Source: Vitrella brassicaformis CCMP3155
Lineage: Eukaryota > Protista > Chromerida
NCBI GenBank assembly: GCA_001179505.1
Contig: CDMY01000540.1
Coordinates: 1-55,278, forward strand
Length of the DNA stretch: 55,278 nt
Direction: 5' to 3'
Shown: piece by piece, positions 24,301 to 35,700 of the stretch
Layout of the letters: every line of letters starts with the position of its first letter
Numbering within the stretch: the first letter of the stretch is position 1
The notes under the pieces: generated by a model
The model's input: the letters and a program-made list of their open reading frames with translations, nothing else
Database searches by the model: none
What the model was told of the DNA's origin: nothing
Made by a program: the position numbers and the translations under genes

Positions 24301-25309
24301 CTCAAGTGGTTCGCCGTGGAGACCATGAACCTGTCGTGTATGGGGGCCGTGGTGTGCGACGTGCGCCAGTCGCTACAGTACTACGTCAGGGAATACCTCA
24401 TCCCAAAGTACGTACACACGCACGCACTTGGGGCTGGCTGACATACATGTGGCAACACTGATGGCAGCCACACACATGCCCACATCACATGGCTGACATA
24501 TCATCTGTCCGTCTGCTGGTTGGTTGTCTGTCTGTCTGTCAACAGGTTGAAGCGGCGTCGGATGTTGGCCTTCAACGTGGACATGGACAAACTCAAGTAA
24601 GCCCCCACTCCCTCCCTCCCTCCCACNNNNNNNNNNNNNNNNNNNNNNNNNNNNNNNNNNNNNNNNNNNNNNNNNNNNNNNNNNNNNNNNNNNNNNNNNN
24701 NNNNNNNNNNNNNNNNNNNNNNNNNNNNNNNNNNNNNNNNNNNNNNNNNNNNNNNNNNNNNNNNNNNNNNNNNNNNNNNNNNNNNNNNNNNNNNNNNNNN
24801 NNNNNNNNNNNNNNNNNNNNNNNNNNNNNNNNNNNNNNNNNNNNNNNNNNNNNNNNNNNNNNNNNNNNNNNNNNNNNNNNNNNNNNNNNNNNNNNNNNNN
24901 NNNNNNNNNNNNNNNNNNNNNNNNNNCCCTCCCACTCCCTCCCTCCCTCCCTCCCTCTCTCCGCCTGCTCTCATGTGCGCGTGTGTGATTGTGTGCCTGT
25001 GTGCCTGCCTCTCCTCTCCTCTCTTTCAGGGTATATGAGGAGTTGACCGTTCGTGCGGTGTCTCCCATCCGTCGGCTCAACGCGTCCATCAAGAAGATCA
25101 ACCGCAAGACGGGCGACGTCATCATCGTCCAGATCGGCAAGCACCCCATGACCGACAACGACGCAGCCGCCCTCCCCATGGCCAACCCCTCACCAGCCCT
25201 CCAAAGCCCAGCCGCCGCCGCCGCCGGCAGCGGCCACGTCAACATTGAGGACATCACTGACGAGAACGAGGACCACCAGGGCGGCGGAGGGGGCGGTGGC
25301 GCTGGTGGT

Positions 25310-25341
<32 letters not shown>

Positions 25342-28300
25342 GAAGAAGGACAAGGCGAAAGACAAGAAGAAGAACAAGGCGGGCAAGAAGCCAGCGATGG
25401 CGGCCATCCCGGCCAACACCCGTGGCAGTCTGGTCCAGAGGATGCGTGCCGAGAATGCCGAGCAGGAGCGGCGTCGCAAGGAGGAGGAGGAGGTTCAGAG
25501 GCGGGAGGACGAGGCCAACCGCAAGAAGGAGGAGGAGGCCAAGAAGAAGCGCGAGGAGGAACGCAAGAAGGAGGAGGCGCGCCAGAAGGCCGAGCAGGAG
25601 GAGAACCGCAAAAAGGAGGACGACCGCAAACGCCTGGAGCAGGAGGCTCTGGACAAGGAGCGGGACAAAGAGCGCGACAGGGAGGCCAAGAAGGCGCAGA
25701 AGGCCCAGAAAGACGCCAAGGCCGACACGGCAGCGGCCAAGGGCCGCAAGGGGGCCGCCGCCACGCCGGCCGACGCTGCCACCAAGAAGGACGGCAAGGA
25801 GCTCAGCAAGAAGGGCTCCCGAGACGACAATGACAAGGCAGCCAAGGTGCCCGACAGTCGTGCTGGCGGTGGCGCCGGCAAGGGCAAGGACGGCAAGGAG
25901 GCTTCTGCGGCCGCATCCAGTCGCGTGACGCTCCCCGACCGCCCCGCAGACAAGCCCCCAGCCGGTGGCAGACGGCAGCCCGTCCTGCACGGCGCCGCGG
26001 GAGCTTCGCCCTCTGGTCTGGGTGGCGAGACGTCACCCGTCCGCATCAGCCAGCCCCTGGTGGTCGTCGACACCGAGAAGATGCGACAGAACGAGCAGAG
26101 GGAGCGTGAGGCCGAGCGGGAGCGAGAGCGGCTGGAGCGTGGCGAGCGGGAGGCCCCTCATGGCATCACCATCACCTCGGCAGCAAGACCCATTCGGCCC
26201 CCGGCGTCCGAGGACGCACACCCACCAGCCCCACCACCCGAGGAGGCCCGACGGGCGGACAAGAAGAAGAAAGACGAGCCTCCACCACCACCGCCCCAAT
26301 CCGAGCAGAAGCCACGGCCAGAGAGGGAGGCCCACCCCGAGAGCCACCTGACACCAGAGGACAGCCGCAGCCGCAGGGATGGCACGGAGAGCGACGCACC
26401 CGACGCACCCAGCGGGGCAGCATCAGAGAGGGCCGAGAGTGAGAGCCTGGCTGGTGAGGGAGCGGGGGGCGTCGCTGGTGAGAAGGAGAAGGCCAAGCCG
26501 CGGGACCCGGTCGAGTCGCTGCCCGAGGAGCTACAGACACTGCTGGTGGCGTACAGGCAGCAGGACCACCCCGACGCCGCACGGCTTGCCAGAGACGTAC
26601 TCGACGTGGTAAGCAGTGGGTGCATGATGGGATGGGACAACGCACGGAAGGCAACACAACACCATCCATCGACTCTTGCTTCCGCTGCTGTCTGTCTGGT
26701 CGATCAGATCCTGACCCGCATGGCCCCCAATCCCCTGCCCCCCTCGCCCATCGCCGAAGAGTCCCCCGACGTGCATCCCTCCGACCGACACGAGAGTGCC
26801 GCCTTGGCCACGGCGGTGGAGGTCATCCAGCGGGAGATCCTGTCGGACGACAACCAGCGCAAGAGCTTCACCTCCACATTCAAGGCCGACGTCGAGCACA
26901 CCATCGTCGACGTCGACCGCAGCGGCATGCTAGGAGACCCTAAGAAGCGCCTCGACGGCGGGGCTGCTGCCGCTGCTGGGGGCTCGGCAACGACCGCGCC
27001 CGCCACTTTAGTGGAGAGGATTATCCGTTTGGGCGGCCCCAACGTGGTGCGTGGCGGCATGCAGGAGGTGCAGCAGGCCTTGGAGGCCAGGCGGCGGGCG
27101 GCAGTCGAGCTGGCGTGCCTCTTGTACGACAAGGGCGGCAACGCCGCCATCATCAACCGCCGTGCGGTGGAGGGCGACATCCACCAGAAGCTCATCACGG
27201 CCATCACACTGTCCGAGGGCAGCGAGAAGCGGTTCCCCTCCAGCGAGGCGGCCGTGGTGGACATGCTGGAGAGGGTCGAGAAGGTCAACACGCTCAGCTA
27301 CTTCATCCGGCTGCTGGGGAGCAAGCATGTCGCCAAGGTGACCGACACGCAGTCGGGCCGTCGCCTGGTCGTCAAGAACGCCAACAACCTCCTGGCCCTC
27401 TACCAGCGTGGCTGGAAGGTCCTCAGGACCCACCTCACCGCATACACCGCACCACCGGCTCTCTTCGAGCAGTACGGCTCGCCACTCAACGCCGCCGTCG
27501 GGGTGGCCAACAGAGCCCTTGAGGGCCTGCTGGGCTGCCTCGCCGGCGCCAACCGACACCCCTTCGCTCTCATCAACGAGGACGTGGCGCGGCAGCTGCC
27601 GCAGTCAGAGCCATCCGGCCCGCCTCCCCCGCCCCCTCCCCCAGGCTCATCGCACCTGGGCGGCCTCAGCAGTGGTGGCCCGTCATCCGACGCATCCTTC
27701 GGTCAGGTGCTGGGGGTGTCCAAGGGGTCGTCCCCGTCAGGATACACAGTGGACGAGTGGCACGTGTTGCGTGAGGATTTGTGGACCGAGGACCACTGGC
27801 GTCGGATGGAGGGGTCGGACGCCGCTGGGGGGGCTGGGGGGAAACTGCACGTGGTGCCCAAGCGGAAGGAGGCACCCAAGATCGTCTGGGAGGGCAACGA
27901 CTGCATGGTATGTGGGCAGGGATGGAGGGACATCACTGACTTAATGGCTATAGCAGCCAGCTACACAGACAGACATCGATGTGTTGTTGTGTGGTGGATT
28001 GGATGTGGTGCAGGTGGTGGAGAAGCCGGCCTTCTGGCGATCTCTTGCGAGCGGCAGCACGCTGTCTCCCCTGGTGTGCAGCGACAAGGAGTCGGCGTCC
28101 ACCCACATCGAGGGGCTCATCATCAGCCAGTGCCCCGAGCACCTCCTCTCCTTCTTCATGTGCTCACACTTCCAGATATTCACCACCGAGTGGGCCGTCG
28201 TCGGCCCGCCACTGCCCATGGACGTGTCGGGCCTGCTCATCATCGCCAGGCGCACCAAGTGCAAGGACATGCTCGCGAGGCAGCTGCCCTCCGGCTCGGG

Positions 28301-31300
28301 AGCCGCGGCGCCCTCTCTGCCCACCACAGAGAAGCCGATAGTGCGGGAGTACATCGCCTTGTGCCACGAGCGCATGAAGGAGCGTGAGGTGACGGTCAAC
28401 GAGCCGGTCATCCTCAATCTCAAGGGGCCGGGGACAAACTCGGCGGCCCCGTCCACGCCCGAGGAGATCCAAAACGCACGGTGCACCCTTCACATGAGGG
28501 TCAACGTCATGGGCTACTACCACCGAGCGGCAGGGGGAACCAGGGGCCGCCGTCTGCCCACTGGGTCTGCCGGCATCCCGCCGCCCGCCGGGGCCGAGGA
28601 GTTCACTCTCGTCAAGTGCACTGTCTTCTCGGGGTTCCTGCAGCAAATCAGGTGAGTAGTGAGCCAGAGACGCGAGACGCATGTGTACCATACCTGCCTC
28701 TCTGACGGACGGATTGATGACATCTTTCTTGCTGTCAGATCGAAGTTCGCTGAGTATGGTCACCCGCTAGTGTGCGACGCTCGGATGTTGCAGCCGATGA
28801 GTCTGGCGAGCGACCGTTCGTGGTGCCCCCGGCTGTTCCTGCACGCCAGCCTCCTGGAATTCGAGGCGCCCGATTCCACCAACAGGGGGCAGAGGGTCAC
28901 TAAATCATCCCCCCTCCCACAGGACCTACACTTGGTATGTATGCGCACCGGACCCTCACACTGACAGCTGTCCCTTGAAACGATGTCGTTGTCGTTTGTC
29001 GGTGTCTGCAGACGATTCGTCAGCTGGACCAGGCCCCAAGGATGTTGGATGAGGCGGCCCAGTCGGGCCTGCAGCAGCCAGTCCCCACACCCGTCTCCAC
29101 CTCCTCCCGCCCCACACCCACTGAGGCAAGGTCACCATCGCCCCCCGTGGGAGGCCCAGCACAGCCCCCCACCGGCATCCTCCCCCCACCACTGGGCGGC
29201 GAGGGCGGTGCCACTTCACCCAGCAACCGCACAAGCCAGCAGGGGTGGGCGCAGGGCTGGCAGGAGGCAGGCGCCAGCTGGCCCGCTGACGGCGTCTTCA
29301 GGCCAATCAGACCCACGGGAGCCGCCGGCGTCATCGGCCCATCGTCCTCACAGGCCGGGCAGCCCATATCTGCGCAGAGTCTGTCGGCCATTGGCATCGC
29401 GGCGGTTGGTGGTCAGAAGCTGCAGCCCCAGGCTCCCCCGCCCACCCAGTCACCCTCGCAGCAGCGTGCCGCCCCTCCCAGGCCCCCATCCGCCGGGCCC
29501 AACGACGAGGCCAGTATCCTGGGACCGATCCCCTCACTCCAAGCAGCTGCTGCCGGCGACCCTGAGGGCCCATGGCGCGTCACGTCGGCGCCCAGCGAAA
29601 GCTTCACCCCCCTGCCCAAGTCGGCCGTGCAGGCGCACTTCCCGGTGCCATACAACGCAGGCGCGCCGCCCACTGCATACAGCGCCCAGGGTCGGCCTTT
29701 CGTGGGCGGCGGCACGCCGTCACAGGTGCCGGAGCAGCGGAAGGTGCCCAGCCCGGCGCCCTCACCGATGGCCCCGCCGCAGGCCCCGCCCGACGGCCCG
29801 TCCATCAGCACCTCCCAGAGCCTGGGTTCCAACCTTTCCGAGCAGGGCGCCCCCTTCCAGCCCCACCTGCAGGCCTTCAGCTTCCCTCTGCGGGTCGGCA
29901 GTGCCACCGGTCCCCCCGGCACCCCCAGCATCACCGAGGGGCCCTCGCAGCCATCGCCACAGGCGCTGCCGTCTGACTATGCGTCATCGGATGTCTCACA
30001 GCAGCAGCAGCGACCCTTTCTGCCCTTCTCGGCTGCCAGTGACACGGGCAGCAAGGGGGGGCCGTCTGCGAGCCCCACGGCCTCCCTCAGCGGCATGGCC
30101 ACCACCCCCGGAGGCCGCCCCGCATTCCCACCATCGGCCGACGTCGGCAGGCGCAACTTCTCGGTCGGCCCCACCCCGCCGATCCGGCCGTCTGGCGAGG
30201 ACGCCAAGGTCATCCCGGCGCCCAACCCGATGGACGTCGACGACGTGCCGCACGACGCCAGCACATACAGCGGGCCAGCGGGGGAGGGCGGGCCGTCACT
30301 CATCGACAAGGCCGAGCAGAGGGGCACCCAGACAGAGCGCAGCAAAAGGGCCGAGAAGGAGTTCAAAGTCAAAAAGGCCAACGGCGCATCCGATCGGTAT
30401 TTCCTGGGCCCCCTCGGCGAGAACTTCCTGCAGGGCGTCTTCTCGCACTCCATCGTGGCCAATGACGAGCCGGTGGGCGACCTGCTCGACGGCGGCTGGG
30501 GCGACCCCTCCAGCCACGGCAGCTCCCCCTCTGTGCGCCAACTGGTGTGGAGCTTCACCGTTCCCAAGGGCGACCAGGACTTTGTGGTTGAAGGGGCGGA
30601 CAAGGCCAAGTGCCACGCCTTCGGGCAGGCCTACTCGAACCTCTCCACGGCCAGGCGGTCGCTGGGCGGTCGCGAGGAGACGGCCGCCGAGCAGCGGAGT
30701 GCGGTGCTGAAGCGCATCAGGACTGCCATGGACCTGCAGCACTCTCTCTGGAAGAAGGTCAAGCACATCATCAAACAGTATTGCCGCGCCTGGGGCGAGC
30801 GCATCGAGCTCGACGGTGGGGCGTCGGCCTCGAGTGCGAGCGCCAGCTCGGCCAGCGAGGCGGGCGCCGCCGGACCAGGCAAGTACCTCTTCAGGGCCAG
30901 GATCGAGCTCAAGGAGCTGCAGCAACAGTCACCCGAGCGGTCCCTCTCACTGGCCTCGGGTGAGGCCCTCCCGCCGCCCGACGAGAAGCAGCCGACCACG
31001 CCCTACGCCTCACGCCAGGGGCGCGGTGAGGTGGGGAATGTGTGCATGTCGTCGTCCCTGCCGGCGTCGTCAGTGCTGAGCCGAACCTCCACCCCACGTG
31101 CAGCCGGGGGGGCTGGGGACGCTGCGGCCTGGTACCTGTCGGAGAGACGGACATCCAAATGGGTCTTCGAGTAAGAGAAGCACATCTGGCTCAGGGCTTT
31201 GGACAGACAGACCAATTAATGACGCATGTCGTCTGTCTGTTGTCGTGCTTGTGGCTGCAGGGAGCTGGCCCGCCGCTTCCCGAGTGAGTTTGTGGTGCGC

Positions 31301-31640
31301 ATTATCAAGGCTGGGGAACTTGAGCTCGAGACGGGAGTCATTGAGATCGACGATCTGCTGCCTGAGTAAGGACGGAAGGATGAATGCACTGCACGGCGTC
31401 AAGACGTGCATGATGCGAACGAATCTCTCTGTCTGGCTGTCTGTGTGTTGTGTTGGGTCGGTGTGTGTGTGTGTGCAGGGAGGGAGTTGTGGACGACTTG
31501 CCGGAGCACCAGAGGGAGAAGAAGAAGCACCAGGCGCTCGTGTCGCTTATCGTCGGCATCGCCTGCCAGAGGAAGCGCCTCGGCACCCCCGCACAGAAGC
31601 GCAAGATCAGCAACGTCCCATCCAAGGCCGCTCGGGACCT
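17393..31640 (+). CDS. Giant multidomain protein: MATH + degenerate USP7-like protease + UBL + charged coiled coil + helical region + degenerate RluA-type pseudouridine synthase + P/S/Q-rich IDR + C-terminal domain; 3' end lost in gap
   Basis: ATG 17393. About 20 exons splice GT-AG in phase (e.g. 17393-17523, 17799-17885, then from 17986 and 18206). Domain motifs are listed in the sub-features. Interrupted by gaps at 21803 and 24627; runs into the gap at 31641. Confidence 0.82.
18490..20133 (+). other. USP (peptidase C19)-like domain lacking the catalytic Cys
   Basis: LHTDYLTVVLHLLFHIKEFRREIF aligns ungapped to the USP7 Cys box [43 protein letters not shown] and FDVPLRMDL are present. YSLYGVIIREGG..RHYLLLRP..GPWYRIADDRV is the His-box region. 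Confidence 0.8.
20408..21802 (+). repeat. Copy 1 of a ~1.4-kb duplicated exon segment
   Basis: Matches 22103-23506. The first ~765 bp look identical; the 3' part is diverged and identical to 31941-32562. Confidence 0.95.
21803..22102. other. Assembly gap (300 N) between duplicated copies
   Basis: Run of N. Confidence 1.
22103..23512 (+). repeat. Copy 2 of the duplicated exon segment (the version that continues into the rest of the gene)
   Basis: Runs on in frame into ..SSIVTPPVLRGKDD..LAV(K)|gtaagt. Confidence 0.95.
23776..25140 (+). other. USP7-type ubiquitin-like (UBL) domains
   Basis: LLVLKWFAVETMNLSCMG and VYEELTVRAVSPI..SIKKINRKTGDVIIVQ resemble the USP7 UBL segments LLFLKMYDP..LNYCG and LYEEVKP..DGDIIVFQ. 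Confidence 0.6.
24627..24926. other. Assembly gap (300 N) in a (CCCT)n intron
   Basis: Both flanks are ccctcccactccctccctcc-type repeats. Confidence 1.
27880..28936 (+). other. RluA/RluD-family pseudouridine synthase-like domain lacking the catalytic Asp
   Basis: IVWEGNDCM|VVEKPA (motif I); PPLPMDVSGLLIIAR vs HRLDxDTSGLLLFAK (motif II); REYIALC; FTLVKCTVFSGFLQQI|RSKFAEYGHPLVCD (motif III); RLFLHASLLEF; SPLPQDL. Confidence 0.82.
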
Positions 31641-31940
31641 NNNNNNNNNNNNNNNNNNNNNNNNNNNNNNNNNNNNNNNNNNNNNNNNNNNNNNNNNNNN
31701 NNNNNNNNNNNNNNNNNNNNNNNNNNNNNNNNNNNNNNNNNNNNNNNNNNNNNNNNNNNNNNNNNNNNNNNNNNNNNNNNNNNNNNNNNNNNNNNNNNNN
31801 NNNNNNNNNNNNNNNNNNNNNNNNNNNNNNNNNNNNNNNNNNNNNNNNNNNNNNNNNNNNNNNNNNNNNNNNNNNNNNNNNNNNNNNNNNNNNNNNNNNN
31901 NNNNNNNNNNNNNNNNNNNNNNNNNNNNNNNNNNNNNNNN
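31641..31940. other. Assembly gap (300 N)
   Basis: Run of N hiding the giant gene's 3' end. Confidence 1.
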
Positions 31941-32572
31941 CTCGAGAAGATGATCGCATCCACGTCACCATCGCTGCCACGCACCGCCAGGGGCATGCCA
32001 CCCGACCATTCAGAGTCCACGTCGGCCGACCCAGGCAAGGCGGGCAAGAAGGGCGCCGGCAAGGCCAAGGGCGACGCCAAGCAGCGGCAGAGCGTCGACC
32101 CGGCTGCGGACGCGACAGACAGTCTGCTAGCGGACATCCTGTGTGCATCCATGTGTCTGGCCATCGAGTGGGAGGTCGACGCCTACCTCAAGAAGGCCGC
32201 ACTGAGGGAAGAGGGCGGCGATGACCAGGTCGAGGACGTCTACCTGACCCCGCCCCAGCCACACAGACCTTTCTACGGCGCTGGTGTGGGGTCGGCCCTG
32301 CAGCCCCTCGCCACGGAGGCCTTCTATGGCAACGAGTCGGGCTCCCCGCGGCCCCTCTTCCCTCCCCCATCATCACACGACCCCATCAGTGGCGGCGGGG
32401 TGGGCCTGAGTGCGTCAGCCACGCCGCGGGAGGGCGACCTGGCGGCTCGATTCACTGAGGACAAGATCGACCAGCGAGTGGCCCACAACTGCGACCCAGA
32501 CGTGTTCGTGCCGCCACCCACCAGCAGTGCCAGTGCTAGTGCGAGTGCGGCTGATGTGTCGTCAATCGTGAC
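31941..32572 (+). repeat. Copy 3 (copy-1 version) of the duplicated exon segment; truncated and joined to unrelated sequence
   Basis: Identical to 21181-21802. Follows copy 2 to TCAATCGTGAC, then diverges. Frame stops at 32666. Confidence 0.9.
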
Positions 32573-32772
32573 AGCCGCGCGCGTGTCTGTCCAGGTCTTT
32601 TTTGTTTTTTGGTTGACGAAGTGTGCATGCACTTGGCTACAAAACTGCGTGATGGCACGCCGTTGAGCGGACGTCGTTTTGCGCTTTCACATCCTCTTTC
32701 TTTTTCGTCCGTGATGTTCACAAAAAGAATGGACGTTATGGAGTTGATGTGCGTGTATGTTCAAATGGACGT

Positions 32773-35700
32773 TCATGTCTCATTCGAGTCATGTCTGCAC
32801 GAATGAAGCGTATGTAAAGGCTGAAAAAGTACAGATCAATTCGATCATCAAAGACGAGGCCGCGAAGTCACCGTTCGACTTTCCGCTGCTTTTCCCTCTT
32901 CTTCACCCGCTCGAGAACTGCAAAAAGAGCAAGAGGTCAGCATTTCAGCAGAGCAACAATTGAGGTGTCTAGCGGCAAGTACCGCCCTTGACTCTTCTGT
33001 CGAGTGTATCCTTGAGCTCTTGGCATGATATACGCGACTTCAGCCTGCATGCATACAGAACCATCATACAGGCCGAGAACCATGCATGCCATAATGCTGC
33101 TTACTTCTCTGCCTCCGCGAGGTGCTGTCGCACCAACGCACAGTCCTTGGCGTTGCAAATTGCAAACTCGAGATGGTAGCAAGGCAGCAACCAGTTCATC
33201 TAAGGGAAAGAAGCAGGCATTGATGGTGTGCGTGCTGTCTCCTCAAATTGGTCTCTCGTACCGTCGCGTGTCTCGCATGTGTGGACAGCGTGTCAAGACA
33301 CTTATCCAACTGCGCCAACTGTTGCGACGCCACACCAATACCCTGAATCCAGCACCTCTTGTACGCCACACCTGCAGGCCCCCCAAATTGGATGATTTAT
33401 CAATTGGTGCGGTGCCACCTATCGTTCGTACTCAGGAGCAGCTGGCACAAAAGCCACTTGTCGTATGTGCTGCCTTGAGTCGGTGAAGAATCTGCAGGGG
33501 GGCGCGCTTGCCCGATCTGCAGATCGAGCAAAAAGGAAGATCATCGATGGACGAGACGACTTGCCTGCCTGCTACCGGTGTGAGCATGTCGATGACTTTC
33601 AGCAGCACGTCGGCGTCTTCTCGGCCAAGGCTGTTCAAGGCCCTGCCATGGTACAGCGCCTCCACAAAGGCCAGCTGTGCATCCTCACGCCTATGTCCAG
33701 AAAGGCCGAGATGACATGAGTGGACATATCTAGCTGCCTTACTCAGGTCGAGAACCGAGCCGTTGGGCCAGTGAGAGCTCCCACAGGGCCCTCGGACGCT
33801 GCAGAGAGTTGGAGGCAGTGGTCGAGCAGGCCAGACAGACGATAAGGCACATGCAACACGATGCAAAAACATGTTGCATAGTCAATGATCAATGACCTCG
33901 AGGTATGCGTTGTACACTTCCTCTCCTTCATCCACAAATCCGCTCAGCACAGACGCGAGGAAGAGCCAGAAGCCAAAGGCCGACGACTTGATCCCTCCAC
34001 TGGGGACTGCAGGAGGGAACACACAGATATGCGAAGAGGCAGGGCAGCGTGGCAGTCATCTCACTCACCGCCGAGAGCTTTCCGCACTTCATCGAACTGC
34101 ATGGTGACGAAGAAAGGCCATGTCGCCCGGAAGGCCCTGACCTGGGCCATCTCCAGAGTGAAGTACTTGCCCTTCTCGCCACCCCACAGCCAGTGCTCCA
34201 GAGAGACAGTGCAGCTGCAGATTCGATGCAAGTCCCCAACGTCACCTTTTCTCCCTCATGAGAACGTTTGGCACCTGTCCGAGTGTGTCTTGACGCCGAA
34301 GTTGACGGCAGCGGCCCTGGCTCCTTTGTACTCGCTCTTCATCAACCTGCGGTATTTGGACAGTAGATATTCATTCCTTTGAGGCCCGTCTTCTCTTTAC
34401 CTGGCGTGGAACTGCAAGTATTTTTTGATGTATGGTGGCACCCTGGCAAGAAGATCAGCATCCTGGGAAAAAAGACAGATATGAAGGCAGATGCACCAGG
34501 CGGCCGCTGTCATGTGCAGCTGACCGCATCCAGCTCGAACTCAGCGGCGTTTCTGGCGTACTCGACGACCAAAGGTGCCATCGTGACATGGCGGCGGAGC
34601 GGCACTTCTGTCGAGTCTGAATCGACCTGTGAGAGACACACACAGAGAGAGAGAGAGAGAGTCTCAATCAAGGTCAGAGGGACAGCTGATGAAGGTTGTG
34701 TCTTAACTTCTGAAGCAACGCCTTGCCTTTGTCGAAATCCATCGGCAGGCCTCTGAAGCCACGCAGGGGAAACACGGCCGTCGTCAAGAATGGACCTGTG
34801 CGGGAAAAAGCGATGAGAGACATTGGAAGACGCAAGCCAGATCTGGCTCATTTTCACTGACCCAACAACGGTGAAGACACCGCGAGAGCGCGCGTCGTGA
34901 CATTCGCCGCACCTATGGAATGCATGGTCATGTGTGAATGGATGGCCGCTTGGTATCCGTTACCCACCCTCAAGGAAGTCCATGCCGGTCTGCAGATCTG
35001 CTCGCATCTGCATCCAGTCGCTCCAGTCGCGGCTTGAGAGCTCCTCGGCGCGGAACAAAGAGAGATCTGACGCAGACCTGCAGCAACAAATGGCGCACAA
35101 AGGCAGGAATGGCGTGTCTCTTCTCCCCAGCTCAGCTCACGTGAGTAGGTCTCTTGCCCTATCGAAGGTGTTGAGTGTCCTCGCCGCGGCGGTGGCCAGT
35201 GCTGTTGGCAACACACATGCAGTGCCGTCCTTGTGAATGGTCAACAAGCTTACATGCGATCAAATGCCATTCGGAAATGCCTGACGCATTAGGAAAGGCA
35301 ACCCAGCTGTCGACAACTTGTGAGTACAGTGTCGCTTGCCCAAGCACCATCTCACACACAACAAGCACCTGGAAGGCAACGAGATGGATGGTAGTCTGTC
35401 CATTTGGCTGCACAAGCTCTCACCTGGTCGGCCTCCACTTTCTACCGCTGGGCAATGCCCAGCCACCAGTGGCGTCGACACGCCAACTTCCACTGAATGA
35501 TAACACATGACAAAACAGTCGAAGGGATGCTTGGGTGTCTGCCAGAGTGGCCTCACCTGTTCGGCCAGCTGCAGTGACATGCCCAGCAGGTCTTTCGCAC
35601 GAGTCATGCGTGCCTTGTCAAAGTTATTGAATGCGCTGAGGAGCGTGCGAAAAGGGACAGTCGGAGAGAAAATTCGGTTGTTTGATTTGTTTCTTTGCCT

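Noticed and set aside
24373-30925. Long antisense and alternative-frame ORFs over the giant gene
   Set aside because: Shadow ORFs caused by high GC3. Only one frame carries domain motifs.
34381-34400. In-frame TAA suggesting readthrough or a 24-nt intron
   Set aside because: A 54-nt intron ending at ccgcag restores the frame normally.
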